From Evtepia sp. (GTDB lineage Bacteria > Bacillota > Clostridia > Lachnospirales > Lachnospiraceae), in the NCBI GenBank assembly GCA_963597265.1, contig CAVBPJ010000005.1, positions 582-64,581 on the forward strand: a stretch of 64,000 bases of DNA, read 5' to 3'. The position numbers and the translations under genes are program-made. Positions 30,858 through 41,472 of this stretch are shown here, one piece after another. The notes below the pieces were generated by a model. That model ran no database searches. It worked only from the letters and a program-made list of their open reading frames with translations, and was not told where the DNA came from. Each line of letters begins with the position of its first letter. Positions within the stretch are counted from its first letter, which is position 1.

Positions 30858-33103
30858 ACTATAAGCTTCTTCAATCCTCTGGCTTTCTTAAGTGCGTAGC
30901 TTCGCACCTGTCTTATAGTATTTATTATCCCAGTTATGTCAGCTTTGTCAACACATTTTGCATTACCAAATCTAACCGCAAGAATTGTCTGCACAGTGTC
31001 TTCAAGTCCGACATTCTTAAGATATTCATCTGACTGTACAATCGAATCAATATATTCCTCATAATCCGAATCAGGATTACGCCTGTATCCAAGACTTGCA
31101 AGCAATCGTTCAAGATATGCATACATTTTTAATAATTGTTTCTCATCAACTGAATTATTTCTTAACAAATGTATTCTCGAAACAATTCTTATTATGACGT
31201 ATGCAAATGCTGCAATAACAATAAGTATTGCTACACATATCACAACGAACAAGCTGCTTATTCTTATCTTTCCAGAAAAATGTCTGCTATTAACATCTGC
31301 CGCCTGCTGTGTAGTAACCTCCTGCTGCTGTGTATCACTGGTATTATCTGGTTCTGTATTATTATCTGTTGATTCACTGCTGTATGACTGGCTTGCTCCC
31401 TCACTTGTCTGCTCTGTAGAAACTTCCTCATCAACGTCACTCTCTCCATAGCCCGGTGTAGGGTCTACAGTTACCCAGCCGTAACCGTCAATATATGCTT
31501 CAACCCATGCATGCGCTGCATTATCATACACCTCATAATTCATATACTCATTATCCTGTCCAAATGTATGTGCCTGCGCAGTTCTTGTATTAACAGTGTA
31601 TCCGGCACAATATCTTGTCGGTATACCTGAGCATCTTAATATAATTGCTGCCGAAGTAGCAAAATATGTACAATAACCTTTCTTGCTGTCTTTCAGGAAA
31701 TACTCGACAACACTCTTTCCCTCAGGAACTTTTCCCGGCTTCAATGTGTAAGTATAATTATCCTTAAGATAAGTAACCACGCTCTGTATGTAATCAGCTT
31801 TTTCCTGTGCTGTCTGAAGTTCCCTTGCTCCAAACATCTCATTTACAACAATAGAATCTTCCGCATTAACGAACAGATACTGGTCATGCACATAGCTTTC
31901 ATATGAGTTAATTGTTGCAGAACTGCGGTACTTCTTCATAATGCCGCCCATATCTGCATAATCATATACGTCGCCGCCAATTATCCTGTACTGTATGCCA
32001 TTATCATACACACTGGAATCGGTTGCTGTGAAACTCTGCTGATAGTATATATAACGGTCAGCCAGCTTCTGTTCATCTGCATCAAGACTGATATTGTTTC
32101 TCTTAGTCATATCAAGAACAAATTCATGCACAGCACTTGTGTATGAATACTGCATTTCTCTTGTGTCATTCCATCTCTGCCAGTTATTTCTGTTGAAGTT
32201 TCTTCCTGTATATATCTTCGCATAGGCAATTCCTATATCAGACATCGTCTTAAGCTCGCCTGCGTATGTGTCGTTATAATACACCTCATCAACAAGACCT
32301 ACATCACCATTTCCGATACCGATTGATGCATTAACCTTATTCTTTTCCTCCTGCTGCTCTGATTTGTCACCGTTTAAGTCAATTCCGAAAGTATCATAGA
32401 CAATATCTGTCACCATTTCTCTGGCATCGTCAAAGAACGAATTCCTTTTGTAAGTTTCCTGAGGTATAACAAATGTAACAACAGTAGCAATAACAGCTGA
32501 CATAATTACAATCGTCTTAACATTCTGATTAGCCTGTTTTTTCCTTCCAAGTGCCATTGAATCAAAGATAAAAAGGACAGAAAAAACAATACTTACAATA
32601 TCCGGCACAATTACTGCCGCTATGAATATGCTTAACATAGGAAGTACGATAGCAAGACTTACAAGCATATTAGGAAATACATTAACCTCCGTAGCTGCAA
32701 GAATTGCAATAACCATAATAACAACCACGCATACGCATCTTACAGAAGATACCCCTGCTCCCGCAACCGTTAATGCATCACTGCCTGTAAAAGCCGACAT
32801 CGACATGAACACATTAACTAATGTCCTGACGCCACTTATAAACGCCCCAAGATTAGTCACAACATATGCCACAGGTAAGACTGCCATTCCTATAATTCTT
32901 ACAAGCCTTGCACCTTTTCCATAATATGACAGCATTAATGTATAAGCGATACTGAATATAAGCGCAGTAATCCCAATAAATCCCATATCAACAGCCGGAT
33001 ATGTAATCCTCTCTATCACTGAAGCTGCGCCAAATGTTCCGAAATATGTCACAATAATTCTAAGTATTAAATTGTCTGTATATATATGCCTTCCCTTATT
33101 CAT
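30845..33103 (-). CDS. Multi-TM transglutaminase-like protein with DUF4129-like tail
   Basis: [35 protein letters not shown] (Cys-His-Asp triad). Confidence 0.9.
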   Translation of the reverse strand: MNKGRHIYTDNLILRIIVTYFGTFGAASVIERITYPAVDMGFIGITALIFSIAYTLMLSYYGKGARLVRIIGMAVLPVAYVVTNLGAFISGVRTLVNVFMSMSAFTGSDALTVAGAGVSSVRCVCVVVIMVIAILAATEVNVFPNMLVSLAIVLPMLSIFIAAVIVPDIVSIVFSVLFIFDSMALGRKKQANQNVKTIVIMSAVIATVVTFVIPQETYKRNSFFDDAREMVTDIVYDTFGIDLNGDKSEQQEEKNKVNASIGIGNGDVGLVDEVYYNDTYAGELKTMSDIGIAYAKIYTGRNFNRNNWQRWNDTREMQYSYTSAVHEFVLDMTKRNNISLDADEQKLADRYIYYQQSFTATDSSVYDNGIQYRIIGGDVYDYADMGGIMKKYRSSATINSYESYVHDQYLFVNAEDSIVVNEMFGARELQTAQEKADYIQSVVTYLKDNYTYTLKPGKVPEGKSVVEYFLKDSKKGYCTYFATSAAIILRCSGIPTRYCAGYTVNTRTAQAHTFGQDNEYMNYEVYDNAAHAWVEAYIDGYGWVTVDPTPGYGESDVDEEVSTEQTSEGASQSYSSESTDNNTEPDNTSDTQQQEVTTQQAADVNSRHFSGKIRISSLFVVICVAILIVIAAFAYVIIRIVSRIHLLRNNSVDEKQLLKMYAYLERLLASLGYRRNPDSDYEEYIDSIVQSDEYLKNVGLEDTVQTILAVRFGNAKCVDKADITGIINTIRQVRSYALKKARGLKKLIVCLI

Positions 33104-33121
33104 TAATACCCTCTTGCCACA

Positions 33122-34141
33122 TTATCTGTTATCTGTAATAACCACCGGTTCAGTCGTAATCTCAAGCGTGTCATCCTCGTATAACTCCTGACATGCCTTA
33201 TTAGCAGCATTACGGCTGCATCGTATATCCATGACAGCACTCATCGCCGCTGTCACACTGTTGTAATCATAGAATGGAATTCTTACTGCTTCTGATTTCG
33301 AAGCATCCCATACCACATATTCTCCATTAATTCCATTATCAACACAGGCAATACCATACGACATTGCCCTTGAATATATTCCACTCATCCTTACAAGTCT
33401 GCCCTGGACAGACTCTGTAGAATCAGTATCTACCACAATCAGTATAGTCTTATTAATACTCGTGTTATACTCTTTAACAATAAAATCATCATCTGGCAGC
33501 GTACTGCTCTTCTTCCAGTGAATATTTCTCGGACTGTCCCCATCCCTGTATTCCCTGAGTTCATTAATCTCATCAGAAAAACTTTTTACATATATTTCAT
33601 TGTCTTCATCGTAATAAGCATTAACCCTGTCTGTCTCTACATTATCCGCAGGTACCTTTTCCGGCATAACTGATACCTTCGTAACTCCTGCAAATGCTTT
33701 CTTACTGCCACAAAGCCCAAGGCAGTCATATATCTCTATAGATTCAACCCCGATGCGGATATTACCACAATAATCGGCAGCAATCTCCGTAGCACCTGCA
33801 CTCTTTCTGATTCCCGGTCTTATAGGCACAACTATCCTGAACTCATCACCTGTATGACAATATGTATATTTCACGGTTATATTGCCATTAACAAATCCAA
33901 GATTACATACATTCTTCTTAACAACTCTTATCTTAATCCTGCTTCCCACCTGTGCAACATTCTTATTAATCTGCAGACTGAGTCCCAGCCCGATGTCCGA
34001 TATAACGAACATAATCCATGAAACAAGCGGTATCGCAATCATCAGGACAAGCAATATAAATATCTGATATTCCACATAAAATATATTAATCCCGAAAACA
34101 ACTGCAAGACAGATAAAATACAAAATCCTTCTTTTAAGCAT
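33122..34141 (-). CDS. DUF58 domain protein
   Basis: LREYRDGDSPRNIHWKKS...VKEY; lies between moxR and the transglutaminase gene. Confidence 0.9.
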   Translation of the reverse strand: MLKRRILYFICLAVVFGINIFYVEYQIFILLVLMIAIPLVSWIMFVISDIGLGLSLQINKNVAQVGSRIKIRVVKKNVCNLGFVNGNITVKYTYCHTGDEFRIVVPIRPGIRKSAGATEIAADYCGNIRIGVESIEIYDCLGLCGSKKAFAGVTKVSVMPEKVPADNVETDRVNAYYDEDNEIYVKSFSDEINELREYRDGDSPRNIHWKKSSTLPDDDFIVKEYNTSINKTILIVVDTDSTESVQGRLVRMSGIYSRAMSYGIACVDNGINGEYVVWDASKSEAVRIPFYDYNSVTAAMSAVMDIRCSRNAANKACQELYEDDTLEITTEPVVITDNR

Positions 34142-34151
34142 ACTGCCACCC

Positions 34152-35108
34152 TTACTTATTCATCTCTGGCACTGGTACATTTCTTAATATCTCAGTAATC
34201 TCTTTCTTAGCTGCCTCTGCACCAGCGGCTCCGGTAACATTAGTAACTATTCTGTGTGCAAATGTTTCAACTGCAATATTCTTAATATCTGATGGAAGAA
34301 CATAATTATTGCCACGAAGAAATGCTTCCGCCTTAGCCATCGCAATCACTGCAATACTTCCTCTTGGTGAAACACCCTGTATTATATTCTCCCTGTTCCT
34401 TGTCTTAGCTACAATCTTAGCTACATATTCATATATAGAATCATCAACATATATTCCTGCAACTTCCTGACGGATTCCTTCTATATCACCTTTTTCAAGG
34501 ACACATGCAGAAAACTGTGTATTCTTTCCATTCTCAAGTCTGCTCTTCATAATAGCAACTTCATCCTCAATCTGTGGATATCCCATAGAAAGCTTTATCA
34601 TGAATCTGTCAAGCTGTGATTCAGGAAGCTTCTGAGTTCCAATAGAACCGATAGGATTCTGGGTTGCTATTACCATAAATGGGTCTGGAAGCTCATATGT
34701 ATTACCGTCAACGGTCACCTTAGACTCTTCCATTATCTGCAATAAAGCTGACTGTGTCTTAGGTGATGTTCTGTTTATTTCATCAGCAAGAAGCAGGTTG
34801 CACATAGCTGCCCCCTGCTTGAATTCAAATTTGCCAGTCTGCCTGTTATACATCGAAAATCCTGTTATATCCGATGGCATAACATCCGGCGTAAACTGTA
34901 TTCTGTTGTATTGCAGCCCAAGTGCATTCGCAAATGCATGAGCCATTGTTGTCTTACCAACTCCCGGAATATCATCCAGAAGTACATGTCCCCCTGCTAT
35001 TATCGCCATATATACCTTGCATATGACATCATCTTTACCAATAACAGACTTCCTTACCTCTCTTAAAACTGCTTTAGATTTCTTTAAGTAATAGTTATTC
35101 TCGTTCAT
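34152..35108 (-). CDS. moxR: MoxR family AAA+ ATPase
   Basis: GHVLLDDIPGVGKT, RIQFTPD, LADEINR, ATQNP, LPESQLDRF. Confidence 0.95.
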   Translation of the reverse strand: MNENNYYLKKSKAVLREVRKSVIGKDDVICKVYMAIIAGGHVLLDDIPGVGKTTMAHAFANALGLQYNRIQFTPDVMPSDITGFSMYNRQTGKFEFKQGAAMCNLLLADEINRTSPKTQSALLQIMEESKVTVDGNTYELPDPFMVIATQNPIGSIGTQKLPESQLDRFMIKLSMGYPQIEDEVAIMKSRLENGKNTQFSACVLEKGDIEGIRQEVAGIYVDDSIYEYVAKIVAKTRNRENIIQGVSPRGSIAVIAMAKAEAFLRGNNYVLPSDIKNIAVETFAHRIVTNVTGAAGAEAAKKEITEILRNVPVPEMNK

Positions 35109-35128
35109 GTAATCCCCCATAAGCATTA

Positions 35129-35845
35129 TTATTGAATCAGCGACAGGGTATCATATATAGTGTTATTCACATAAATCTGTAAAGTATCATTAACTATGTT
35201 ACATGTTATTTTGACATCTCCACTAACATTATTCTTATCAACATATGATTTAATTGTCTCTTCTATCATGACCGCCGCAGAATCATTAACCCAGTCTAAA
35301 TACGTCTGATTAATATTATAACTAATATCATATGGAACTTCAACATATATAGTGGCACCATTATTCATTGTAACCTTGTCATATCTCATAATATATGTAT
35401 AGCCATACTCTATTCTCTTATTGTTATATATTGTACTGACATCCTTATAATCAAGTGAAGAATACAGCCTTTCATAGCTGTTATATCCGTAGATTTCATC
35501 AGCCTCATCAACAATATCAGCATTGTCCGCCACTGATTGTTCATCCGCCTGTGTACTGCTCGTTGCAAGTGGAACCAGACTGCTTGACTTGTATTGCTTT
35601 CCACTGTTAACAGCTTTGTAATTCTTAACTGCTGTAACAAATACCAATATCGCTGCCACTGCAGCAACAACTGTAACATACTTTCTGACTGGCAGGTGTT
35701 GTTTTACTGGTTTCAATTGTACTATCTTATCATTCGTATATGTAGACGACTTATCTTCAGAAGCATCAAACAATTCAGACTTATCAAGGATTTCATCTAT
35801 CTGTATTCTAATCTTTTCCTTATCTGGATACTTAACCTTATTCAA
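35129..35845 (-). CDS. Putative single-pass anti-sigma factor
   Basis: Overlaps the ECF sigma stop; single TM (VAAVAAILVF); call rests on position. Confidence 0.6.
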   Translation of the reverse strand: MNKVKYPDKEKIRIQIDEILDKSELFDASEDKSSTYTNDKIVQLKPVKQHLPVRKYVTVVAAVAAILVFVTAVKNYKAVNSGKQYKSSSLVPLATSSTQADEQSVADNADIVDEADEIYGYNSYERLYSSLDYKDVSTIYNNKRIEYGYTYIMRYDKVTMNNGATIYVEVPYDISYNINQTYLDWVNDSAAVMIEETIKSYVDKNNVSGDVKITCNIVNDTLQIYVNNTIYDTLSLIQ

Positions 35846-36410
35846 GATAATCCCACTCCTTTCTTACTCTCTTAACCATTGCATAATACCTGCTCTTGAC
35901 CGTGCTAAGATCAACCCCCTGATTAGCACTTATCTCGCCAAATGTGTAACCTTCATACACTTTAAGTCTGAAAGTTTCCCATTCCTTATTCTGGTGATGA
36001 CCATACATTTTCTCCATCTCCTCATAAGAAAGCTTTCCCAGCACACTCGTCTCCGTGCCAGCCCTCTCATCAGCAGGTTCCTGTATGGTATCATCCATAA
36101 TCTGTGTAACAATACTCTCGTGATACTGTCTGCTCCTGAAATAATCTGTGACCTTATTATCTGCGATTCTCATAATCCATGTCTTAAATGCCGCTTTATC
36201 CACGTTGAAGCTCCCCAATCCTCTTAACGCAGATATGAAGGTCTCCTGAGTAAGATCCATACTTAACTCCTCATCCTTCAGCTTGATATATATGTGCTTA
36301 TACACAGTCTTATAATACCGTGTTACCAGCTCATCCGCCGCATCTCTGTCATTATTATTCAGGATTCTGCTTATCAGATCAACATCGTGATTCCTTAATA
36401 GCAAAACCAT
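35838..36410 (-). CDS. ECF RNA polymerase sigma factor
   Basis: DLTQETF, FKTWIMRIA.N...DY.R, GYTFGEIS...STVKSR. Confidence 0.93.
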   Translation of the reverse strand: MVLLLRNHDVDLISRILNNNDRDAADELVTRYYKTVYKHIYIKLKDEELSMDLTQETFISALRGLGSFNVDKAAFKTWIMRIADNKVTDYFRSRQYHESIVTQIMDDTIQEPADERAGTETSVLGKLSYEEMEKMYGHHQNKEWETFRLKVYEGYTFGEISANQGVDLSTVKSRYYAMVKRVRKEWDYLE

Positions 36411-36479
36411 CTACTCACCCCCGGTTGGTATGTACTGACGGAACATAAATCAAAGTCTCATGTCCCGTTCATATCTTTA

Positions 36480-36504
36480 TACGGAATACTTTTCAAAAAA
36501 GTTT
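36480..36504 (-). promoter_or_regulatory. ECF-type promoter (AAAC-N17-CGTA), probably autoregulatory
   Basis: Minus strand CTAAAC-TTTTTTGAAAAGTATTC-CGTA about 70 nt upstream of the ECF start; resembles SigW/SigM-type AAC/CGT promoters. Confidence 0.6.
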
Positions 36505-36542
36505 AGATAATTGTAACATTTTTCAAAAAAGTTTGCATAAAA

Positions 36543-37001
36543 TTATGCCATTCCGTTAACTGTCTTGTATTTATAGAGCATTTCTGCATGATTCTGCTCC
36601 TCAATCTGGATATCAGCAAGAATCTTTCTGATGGCTGTATCAGCAAATACGAATACATTCGAGTTGTATTCACCCGAAACCATCTTCTCAGAGCCAATAC
36701 TGTCGGTTGCTAAAAATGCATCGCTCTCCTTATCCTCTGACTTGCTCATCACATCATATGTTGCCTTAGGCTCATACTCTTTTCCCTCACAGTCGTTGCA
36801 GTCACACTCAGGAACTTTTCCCTCAAGAATCTGTCCTAATGTGTCAAAATGCTTCTGCTCATTCTTCTCTAATGTAGAGAACAAATCCTTTAATACAGGG
36901 TCTTTGGCGTCCTGACCATACTTCTTGTACTTCTGCACGCAGGTCTGCTCCTGAGTCTGTAAATCCTTAATCGTAGTCTTTTCTTTTTCATTCAATGCCA
37001 T
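36543..37001 (-). CDS. Ferritin-like spore coat-associated protein
   Basis: Two ExxH motifs (EQKH, EQNH) and a CDCNDC insert; preceded by a forespore-type promoter. Confidence 0.7.
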   Translation of the reverse strand: MALNEKEKTTIKDLQTQEQTCVQKYKKYGQDAKDPVLKDLFSTLEKNEQKHFDTLGQILEGKVPECDCNDCEGKEYEPKATYDVMSKSEDKESDAFLATDSIGSEKMVSGEYNSNVFVFADTAIRKILADIQIEEQNHAEMLYKYKTVNGMA

Positions 37002-37004
37002 AAT

Positions 37005-37052
37005 AAAAAGCCTCCTGATAATTAATACAACCGTATTATTACCAGAAGGCTT
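37005..37052 (-). terminator. Intrinsic terminator after the Fe-ADH gene; its 3' arm carries the RBS of the next gene
   Basis: AAGCCTTCTGGTAATAATAC-GGTT-GTATTAATTATCAGGAGGCTT-TTT. Confidence 0.7.
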
Positions 37053-37063
37053 AAGATTTATTC
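37034..37063 (-). promoter_or_regulatory. SigF/SigG-type promoter
   Basis: GAATA, 15 nt, GGTAATAATA; compare Bacillus SigF consensus GYATA-15-GGnnAnAnTR. Confidence 0.6.
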
Positions 37064-37076
37064 TGATATGTAATTA

Positions 37077-38288
37077 TTAGAAGTCAACTTCTGTATCATA
37101 GTAGCAGCATGTAAGAAGCTTCTCCATCTCTTCCTGACTTGGCTGACGAGGATTAGAACCTGTACATGCATCAAGAATAGCATTAGCTGCGATGTCATGT
37201 AACTTAGCCTTGAACTCTTCCTCTGATACAAATCCTGTCTCTGCTGGGAGACCACCCTCTCCATAATGCTTAATGCAGTGTGGAATATTAAGGTCATCAT
37301 TCATCTTTCTTAACATAGCGATAAGATTGTCAATCTTCTCATCCTGTGTATTGCCACCAAGATGTAAGAAATCTGCAATAAATGCATATCTCTTAGCTGC
37401 TGTCTCGTCCTTGGCATTGAACTTGATAACCTTAGGAAGATACATGGCATTAGCTGCACCGTGGATAATATGTCCACCTTCAAATGCTGCACCAGTCTTG
37501 TGTGCCATTGAATGGACAATACCAAGTAATGCATTAGAGAATGCCATACCTGCAAGGCACTGTGCATTATGCATTGAATCTCTTGCTGCCATATCTCCGT
37601 TGTATGATTTAACGAGATTAGCCTGAATCATCTCCATAGCATGAAGTGCTAATGGATCTGTGTAATCACAGTTAGCTGTTGATACATAAGCCTCAATTGC
37701 ATGTGTCATGGCATCCATACCTGTATGTGCTACAAGCTTAACTGGCATAGTCTCTGCAAGTTCTGGATCAACAATAGCAACATCAGGAGTAATCTCAAAG
37801 TCTGCTATAGGATACTTAATACCTTTCTCATAATCTGTAATAATAGAGAATGCTGTTACCTCTGTAGCTGTTCCTGATGTAGATGAAACTGCACAGAAAT
37901 GAGCTTTCTTACGAAGCTTAGGAAGACCGAATACCTTGCACATATCTTCGAATGTTGTATCAGGATATTCATACTTAATCCACATTGCCTTAGCAGCATC
38001 AATAGGAGAACCACCACCAATAGCAACAATCCAGTCTGGCTCGAACTCTGTCATAACAGCAGCGCCCTTCATAACAGTCTCAACTGATGGATCAGACTCG
38101 ATACCCTCGAAAAGCTTAACTTCCATTCCTGCTTCCTTGAGGTAATCTTCTGCTTTCTGAAGGAAACCATTACGCTTCATTGATCCGCCACCAACGCAGA
38201 TGATAGCTTTCTTTCCTTCAAGTGTCTTAAGAGCTTCCAAAGAACCCTTTCCATGATACAAATCTCTTGGTAAAGTAAATCGAACCAT
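37077..38288 (-). CDS. Iron-containing alcohol dehydrogenase (NADPH-butanol dehydrogenase-like)
   Basis: GGGSPIDAAK, TSGTATEVT, GMDAMTHAIE, HSMAH, HG.ANA; GGAGG RBS before 38288. Confidence 0.93.
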   Translation of the reverse strand: MVRFTLPRDLYHGKGSLEALKTLEGKKAIICVGGGSMKRNGFLQKAEDYLKEAGMEVKLFEGIESDPSVETVMKGAAVMTEFEPDWIVAIGGGSPIDAAKAMWIKYEYPDTTFEDMCKVFGLPKLRKKAHFCAVSSTSGTATEVTAFSIITDYEKGIKYPIADFEITPDVAIVDPELAETMPVKLVAHTGMDAMTHAIEAYVSTANCDYTDPLALHAMEMIQANLVKSYNGDMAARDSMHNAQCLAGMAFSNALLGIVHSMAHKTGAAFEGGHIIHGAANAMYLPKVIKFNAKDETAAKRYAFIADFLHLGGNTQDEKIDNLIAMLRKMNDDLNIPHCIKHYGEGGLPAETGFVSEEEFKAKLHDIAANAILDACTGSNPRQPSQEEMEKLLTCCYYDTEVDF

Positions 38289-38317
38289 AATAAAACCTCC
38301 ATACATGAAATATTAGA

Positions 38318-38335
38318 TTGTTAAATTATAAACAA
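38318..38335. promoter_or_regulatory. Rex operator
   Basis: TTGTTAAATTATAAACAA, one mismatch to the clostridial Rex consensus TTGTTAAnnnnTTAACAA, between promoter and RBS of an ADH gene. Confidence 0.75.
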
Positions 38336-38348
38336 ACCCTATGCTTTT

Positions 38349-38377
38349 ATTATAGGCTTGCCCATATCATAATTCAA
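38349..38377 (-). promoter_or_regulatory. Sigma-A promoter of the ADH gene
   Basis: TTGAAT, 17 nt, TATAAT. Confidence 0.7.
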
Positions 38378-38418
38378 GTAAATTTTATTATAATTTTTTG
38401 TAAATATTCCATGAACAT

Positions 38419-39096
38419 TTATATATTTTTATTATCACTTACAATCCTGCCATCACTGATAGTAATAATCCTGTTCGTCATCTTAGCAATACCCTCATCA
38501 TGGGTTACTATAATAACTGTCTTTCCAGACTTATTAATCTCCTTAAGAAGCTCAAGCACCTCATGTCCTGTCTTCTGATCAAGCGCTCCTGTCGGTTCAT
38601 CAGCAAGTATAATATCCGCATTAGTAACCAAAGCCCTTGCTATTGCAACTCTCTGCTGCTGTCCGCCGGACATCTTTCCCGGCAGCTTGTTTCTTTCCGA
38701 TAATATTCCAAGATGCTCCATCTGCTTTAATATGATTCTCTTTCTTTCCTTACGTTTAACATTAGCTGCAAGAAGCGGAAGCTCTATATTCTCATATGCA
38801 GTATAGTAATCCATCAGTGCAAAATGCTGGAACACATACCCAATCTTTTCCTTACGCAGCTTATGTACCTGTGAACGGCTTGCCGCTGTCACCTCAGTAT
38901 CATCAAGAAAATACTTTCCTGCTGTCGGACTGTCCATGCAGCCTATAATCTTAAGAAGTGTACTCTTTCCGCTTCCTGACGCTCCCATGACTGCAACGAA
39001 TTCGCCATCCTCTATCCTAAGGCTTACATCATCAAGTGCCTTAGTATCATCAACCTTTTCATTATATATCTTTGTAATATTCTCTAATCTTATCAT
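38419..39096 (-). CDS. ABC transporter ATP-binding protein (LolD/MacB type)
   Basis: GASGSGKST, MSGGQQQRVAIARAL, ILADEPTGALD, VTHD; GGAGGA RBS; ATGA overlap with the permease. Confidence 0.95.
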   Translation of the reverse strand: MIRLENITKIYNEKVDDTKALDDVSLRIEDGEFVAVMGASGSGKSTLLKIIGCMDSPTAGKYFLDDTEVTAASRSQVHKLRKEKIGYVFQHFALMDYYTAYENIELPLLAANVKRKERKRIILKQMEHLGILSERNKLPGKMSGGQQQRVAIARALVTNADIILADEPTGALDQKTGHEVLELLKEINKSGKTVIIVTHDEGIAKMTNRIITISDGRIVSDNKNI

Positions 39097-40214
39097 TCCA
39101 TATCCTCCAATGTAACAGCCGGGTTCATCTTCATTATCCTGTATACAGGAACAATTATTGTACATACAAGCGCCGTAAAGTTAATAAACAGTACAGACGC
39201 TATAAGCCTTAAGTTCCAGCTTATCGTATACAGCTTTATTCCAAGAACTCCCGCTGCAAACAGATGAACCAGAACATATATAACAAGCGATGCCGCGCCA
39301 AGTATAAGAATGTCCCTTGCAATTCCTCCGATTAATCTTAACTGCCCGAAGCCATAAGTCCTCTTTATTGCAAATTCCTTATTTCTTTCTATAATCCAGA
39401 ATTCAGACATAAGCATACAGTTAAGAATACAGAAGATGTACACGACTTTATTTATCCTGATGTTCTCTTTCTGGAGAGTTTTTTCAACTGTACTCTGTCC
39501 GTTTCCCGATACTGAACGGCTCTCAATTGCACAGTTAATATCAGCTCCGTATACATTGTTATATACCTTTTCATATGTATCATTAAGTTCCACTGTATTG
39601 CTGTCAATCATAATCGTGTATTCCTTCAGCTCATTGACAGCTTTTCTTACATTATCTCCAAGACATCTGTTATCGAATACAATCATGTTGTCAGAATAAT
39701 CAGAGCCTTCATTGCCGATTACGCCTGTAACCTCGTAGGTCTCATTTTCAAATGTTGCATAATGCTTTCCGTTTTCTTCATACGCATACCTGTACTGTGA
39801 CCTTCCGAGTGCTACGAGTCTCTTCCCATAATCTTCTTCTGATGTTCCGGGAATCCTTCCGCTCTCCATCACATACGGCAGTTCTTCGTTCACTGCCAGT
39901 ATAATTTCCGGTGCAACAGTGGATGATTTTCTTTCAGTATAATATAAGCCTACCTTCTTCGCCCTTATATTGCCTTCTGTAACACCAGCCGTACATGCTG
40001 ACAGTATGTACGATTTATTCAATGACACAACCGACATCTCTATACGGTTCTTATACAGTGCCGCAAGCCTGTCCGCTTCCTTCTGGTATGCCTTGTTGTA
40101 TATCCCCAGTGCCCCGAATATCGTAACATACATTATAAGCTGTCCTATTATGAAGAAGCAGGCTGTAAGTCTGTATCTGAATACACTATGCATAATTCTC
40201 TTTATTATATTCAT
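39093..40214 (-). CDS. FtsX/MacB-like ABC permease
   Basis: TM1, large extracytoplasmic domain, then three TMs; RNKEFAIKRTYG; KMNP. Confidence 0.8.
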   Translation of the reverse strand: MNIIKRIMHSVFRYRLTACFFIIGQLIMYVTIFGALGIYNKAYQKEADRLAALYKNRIEMSVVSLNKSYILSACTAGVTEGNIRAKKVGLYYTERKSSTVAPEIILAVNEELPYVMESGRIPGTSEEDYGKRLVALGRSQYRYAYEENGKHYATFENETYEVTGVIGNEGSDYSDNMIVFDNRCLGDNVRKAVNELKEYTIMIDSNTVELNDTYEKVYNNVYGADINCAIESRSVSGNGQSTVEKTLQKENIRINKVVYIFCILNCMLMSEFWIIERNKEFAIKRTYGFGQLRLIGGIARDILILGAASLVIYVLVHLFAAGVLGIKLYTISWNLRLIASVLFINFTALVCTIIVPVYRIMKMNPAVTLEDME

Positions 40215-40227
40215 ACCACACTCCACC

Positions 40228-41433
40228 TCATTTCTTCATAAGGTCGATAAGACCTTTTCCATGCAGATATACAACAGGTACTATGCACGATATGACTGTC
40301 ATAATCACAGCCTCTGCTGCAATAATAAGAGGAACATATATACAATGTGCCATTACCATTGCTTTATTGGTTACTTCAAGTGTAGACTCCATGGTAGAAG
40401 CACTTACTATTATCTTTCCGAATGTCTCCCACTGACAATACAGCCATGCAGCAAGTGCAGATACTATAATCAGCATCAGGTTCTTAATCAGTATCATCGA
40501 ATAGACAGCTTTTCTGCTGATTCCGTTAATTATGAATATTGCATAATCCCTTCTGTTAATAAGACACTCAATAATTGTAACTGCCGATATTGCAACTATT
40601 GCTATAACATACAGAAGCACCGATGCTATAAATGTCTTGTCATTGGTTATTGAATTATCTTTAACATCCTTATCAAGCTGCTCTCCTTCATTAATAATAG
40701 ACGCCCTTATCCCATTCTCAGCCTGATAATCCATAAGCTTGCTCTTTATTACATCATTGTCTTTATAATCTGCGACATAATAGACAGGTGTTGTATATTC
40801 CAGACTTTCTCCCCAGTCATACTTAGATGTATCCTTTGTTACCACAAGTCCACTCTCCGACAGATCCGGTTTCTCAAGTGTTATGGTCTCATTAACAAGC
40901 CATTGTGCATCGTCCTTAAGAAATCCCACAACTACGCATTCTGATGACATTGTCTGGCATCTCTGTCCTATCTCATAGACTCCTTTATATGAACTTCCAA
41001 GCCATAGAATGTCAGTATCTCCCCACTCATCCTGCATCTGTTCAATATCTTCCCTGCTCACTCCTGTATTACACATATCAGCTATAGAACTGTCACTTAT
41101 AACAAAGTCAACCAGTTCATCCCCAAAACGTCCATTAGTTGACAATACTAAGCCATATGCTGATATTTCTTCTATTGAAGCAAGTCCTTCCATCATGTCA
41201 CTCTGTTCAGCATGAACACTTCTGGTAGAAAATTTAATCTTATTAATATTATAAGGACTTATACTGTAAGCCTTCCGCTTTATTCCTGTCTCACATCTGT
41301 TCTTCATATATGTATTCCATGTCCTGTCTGTCATATAGAACGATATCACACATATAAATATAAGCATAAGCGTTACAAATGCTCTCTTTATATACTCCCT
41401 GTATATAACAATAAATTTATTAATCAGCCTCAT
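40228..41433 (-). CDS. FtsX/MacB-like ABC permease (second)
   Basis: Same topology; RRDYAIFIING; VVVGFL. Confidence 0.75.
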   Translation of the reverse strand: MRLINKFIVIYREYIKRAFVTLMLIFICVISFYMTDRTWNTYMKNRCETGIKRKAYSISPYNINKIKFSTRSVHAEQSDMMEGLASIEEISAYGLVLSTNGRFGDELVDFVISDSSIADMCNTGVSREDIEQMQDEWGDTDILWLGSSYKGVYEIGQRCQTMSSECVVVGFLKDDAQWLVNETITLEKPDLSESGLVVTKDTSKYDWGESLEYTTPVYYVADYKDNDVIKSKLMDYQAENGIRASIINEGEQLDKDVKDNSITNDKTFIASVLLYVIAIVAISAVTIIECLINRRDYAIFIINGISRKAVYSMILIKNLMLIIVSALAAWLYCQWETFGKIIVSASTMESTLEVTNKAMVMAHCIYVPLIIAAEAVIMTVISCIVPVVYLHGKGLIDLMKK

Positions 41434-41472
41434 CTTGATAGTATCCCCCCTTTTCTCACATTTTCCTGTCGT

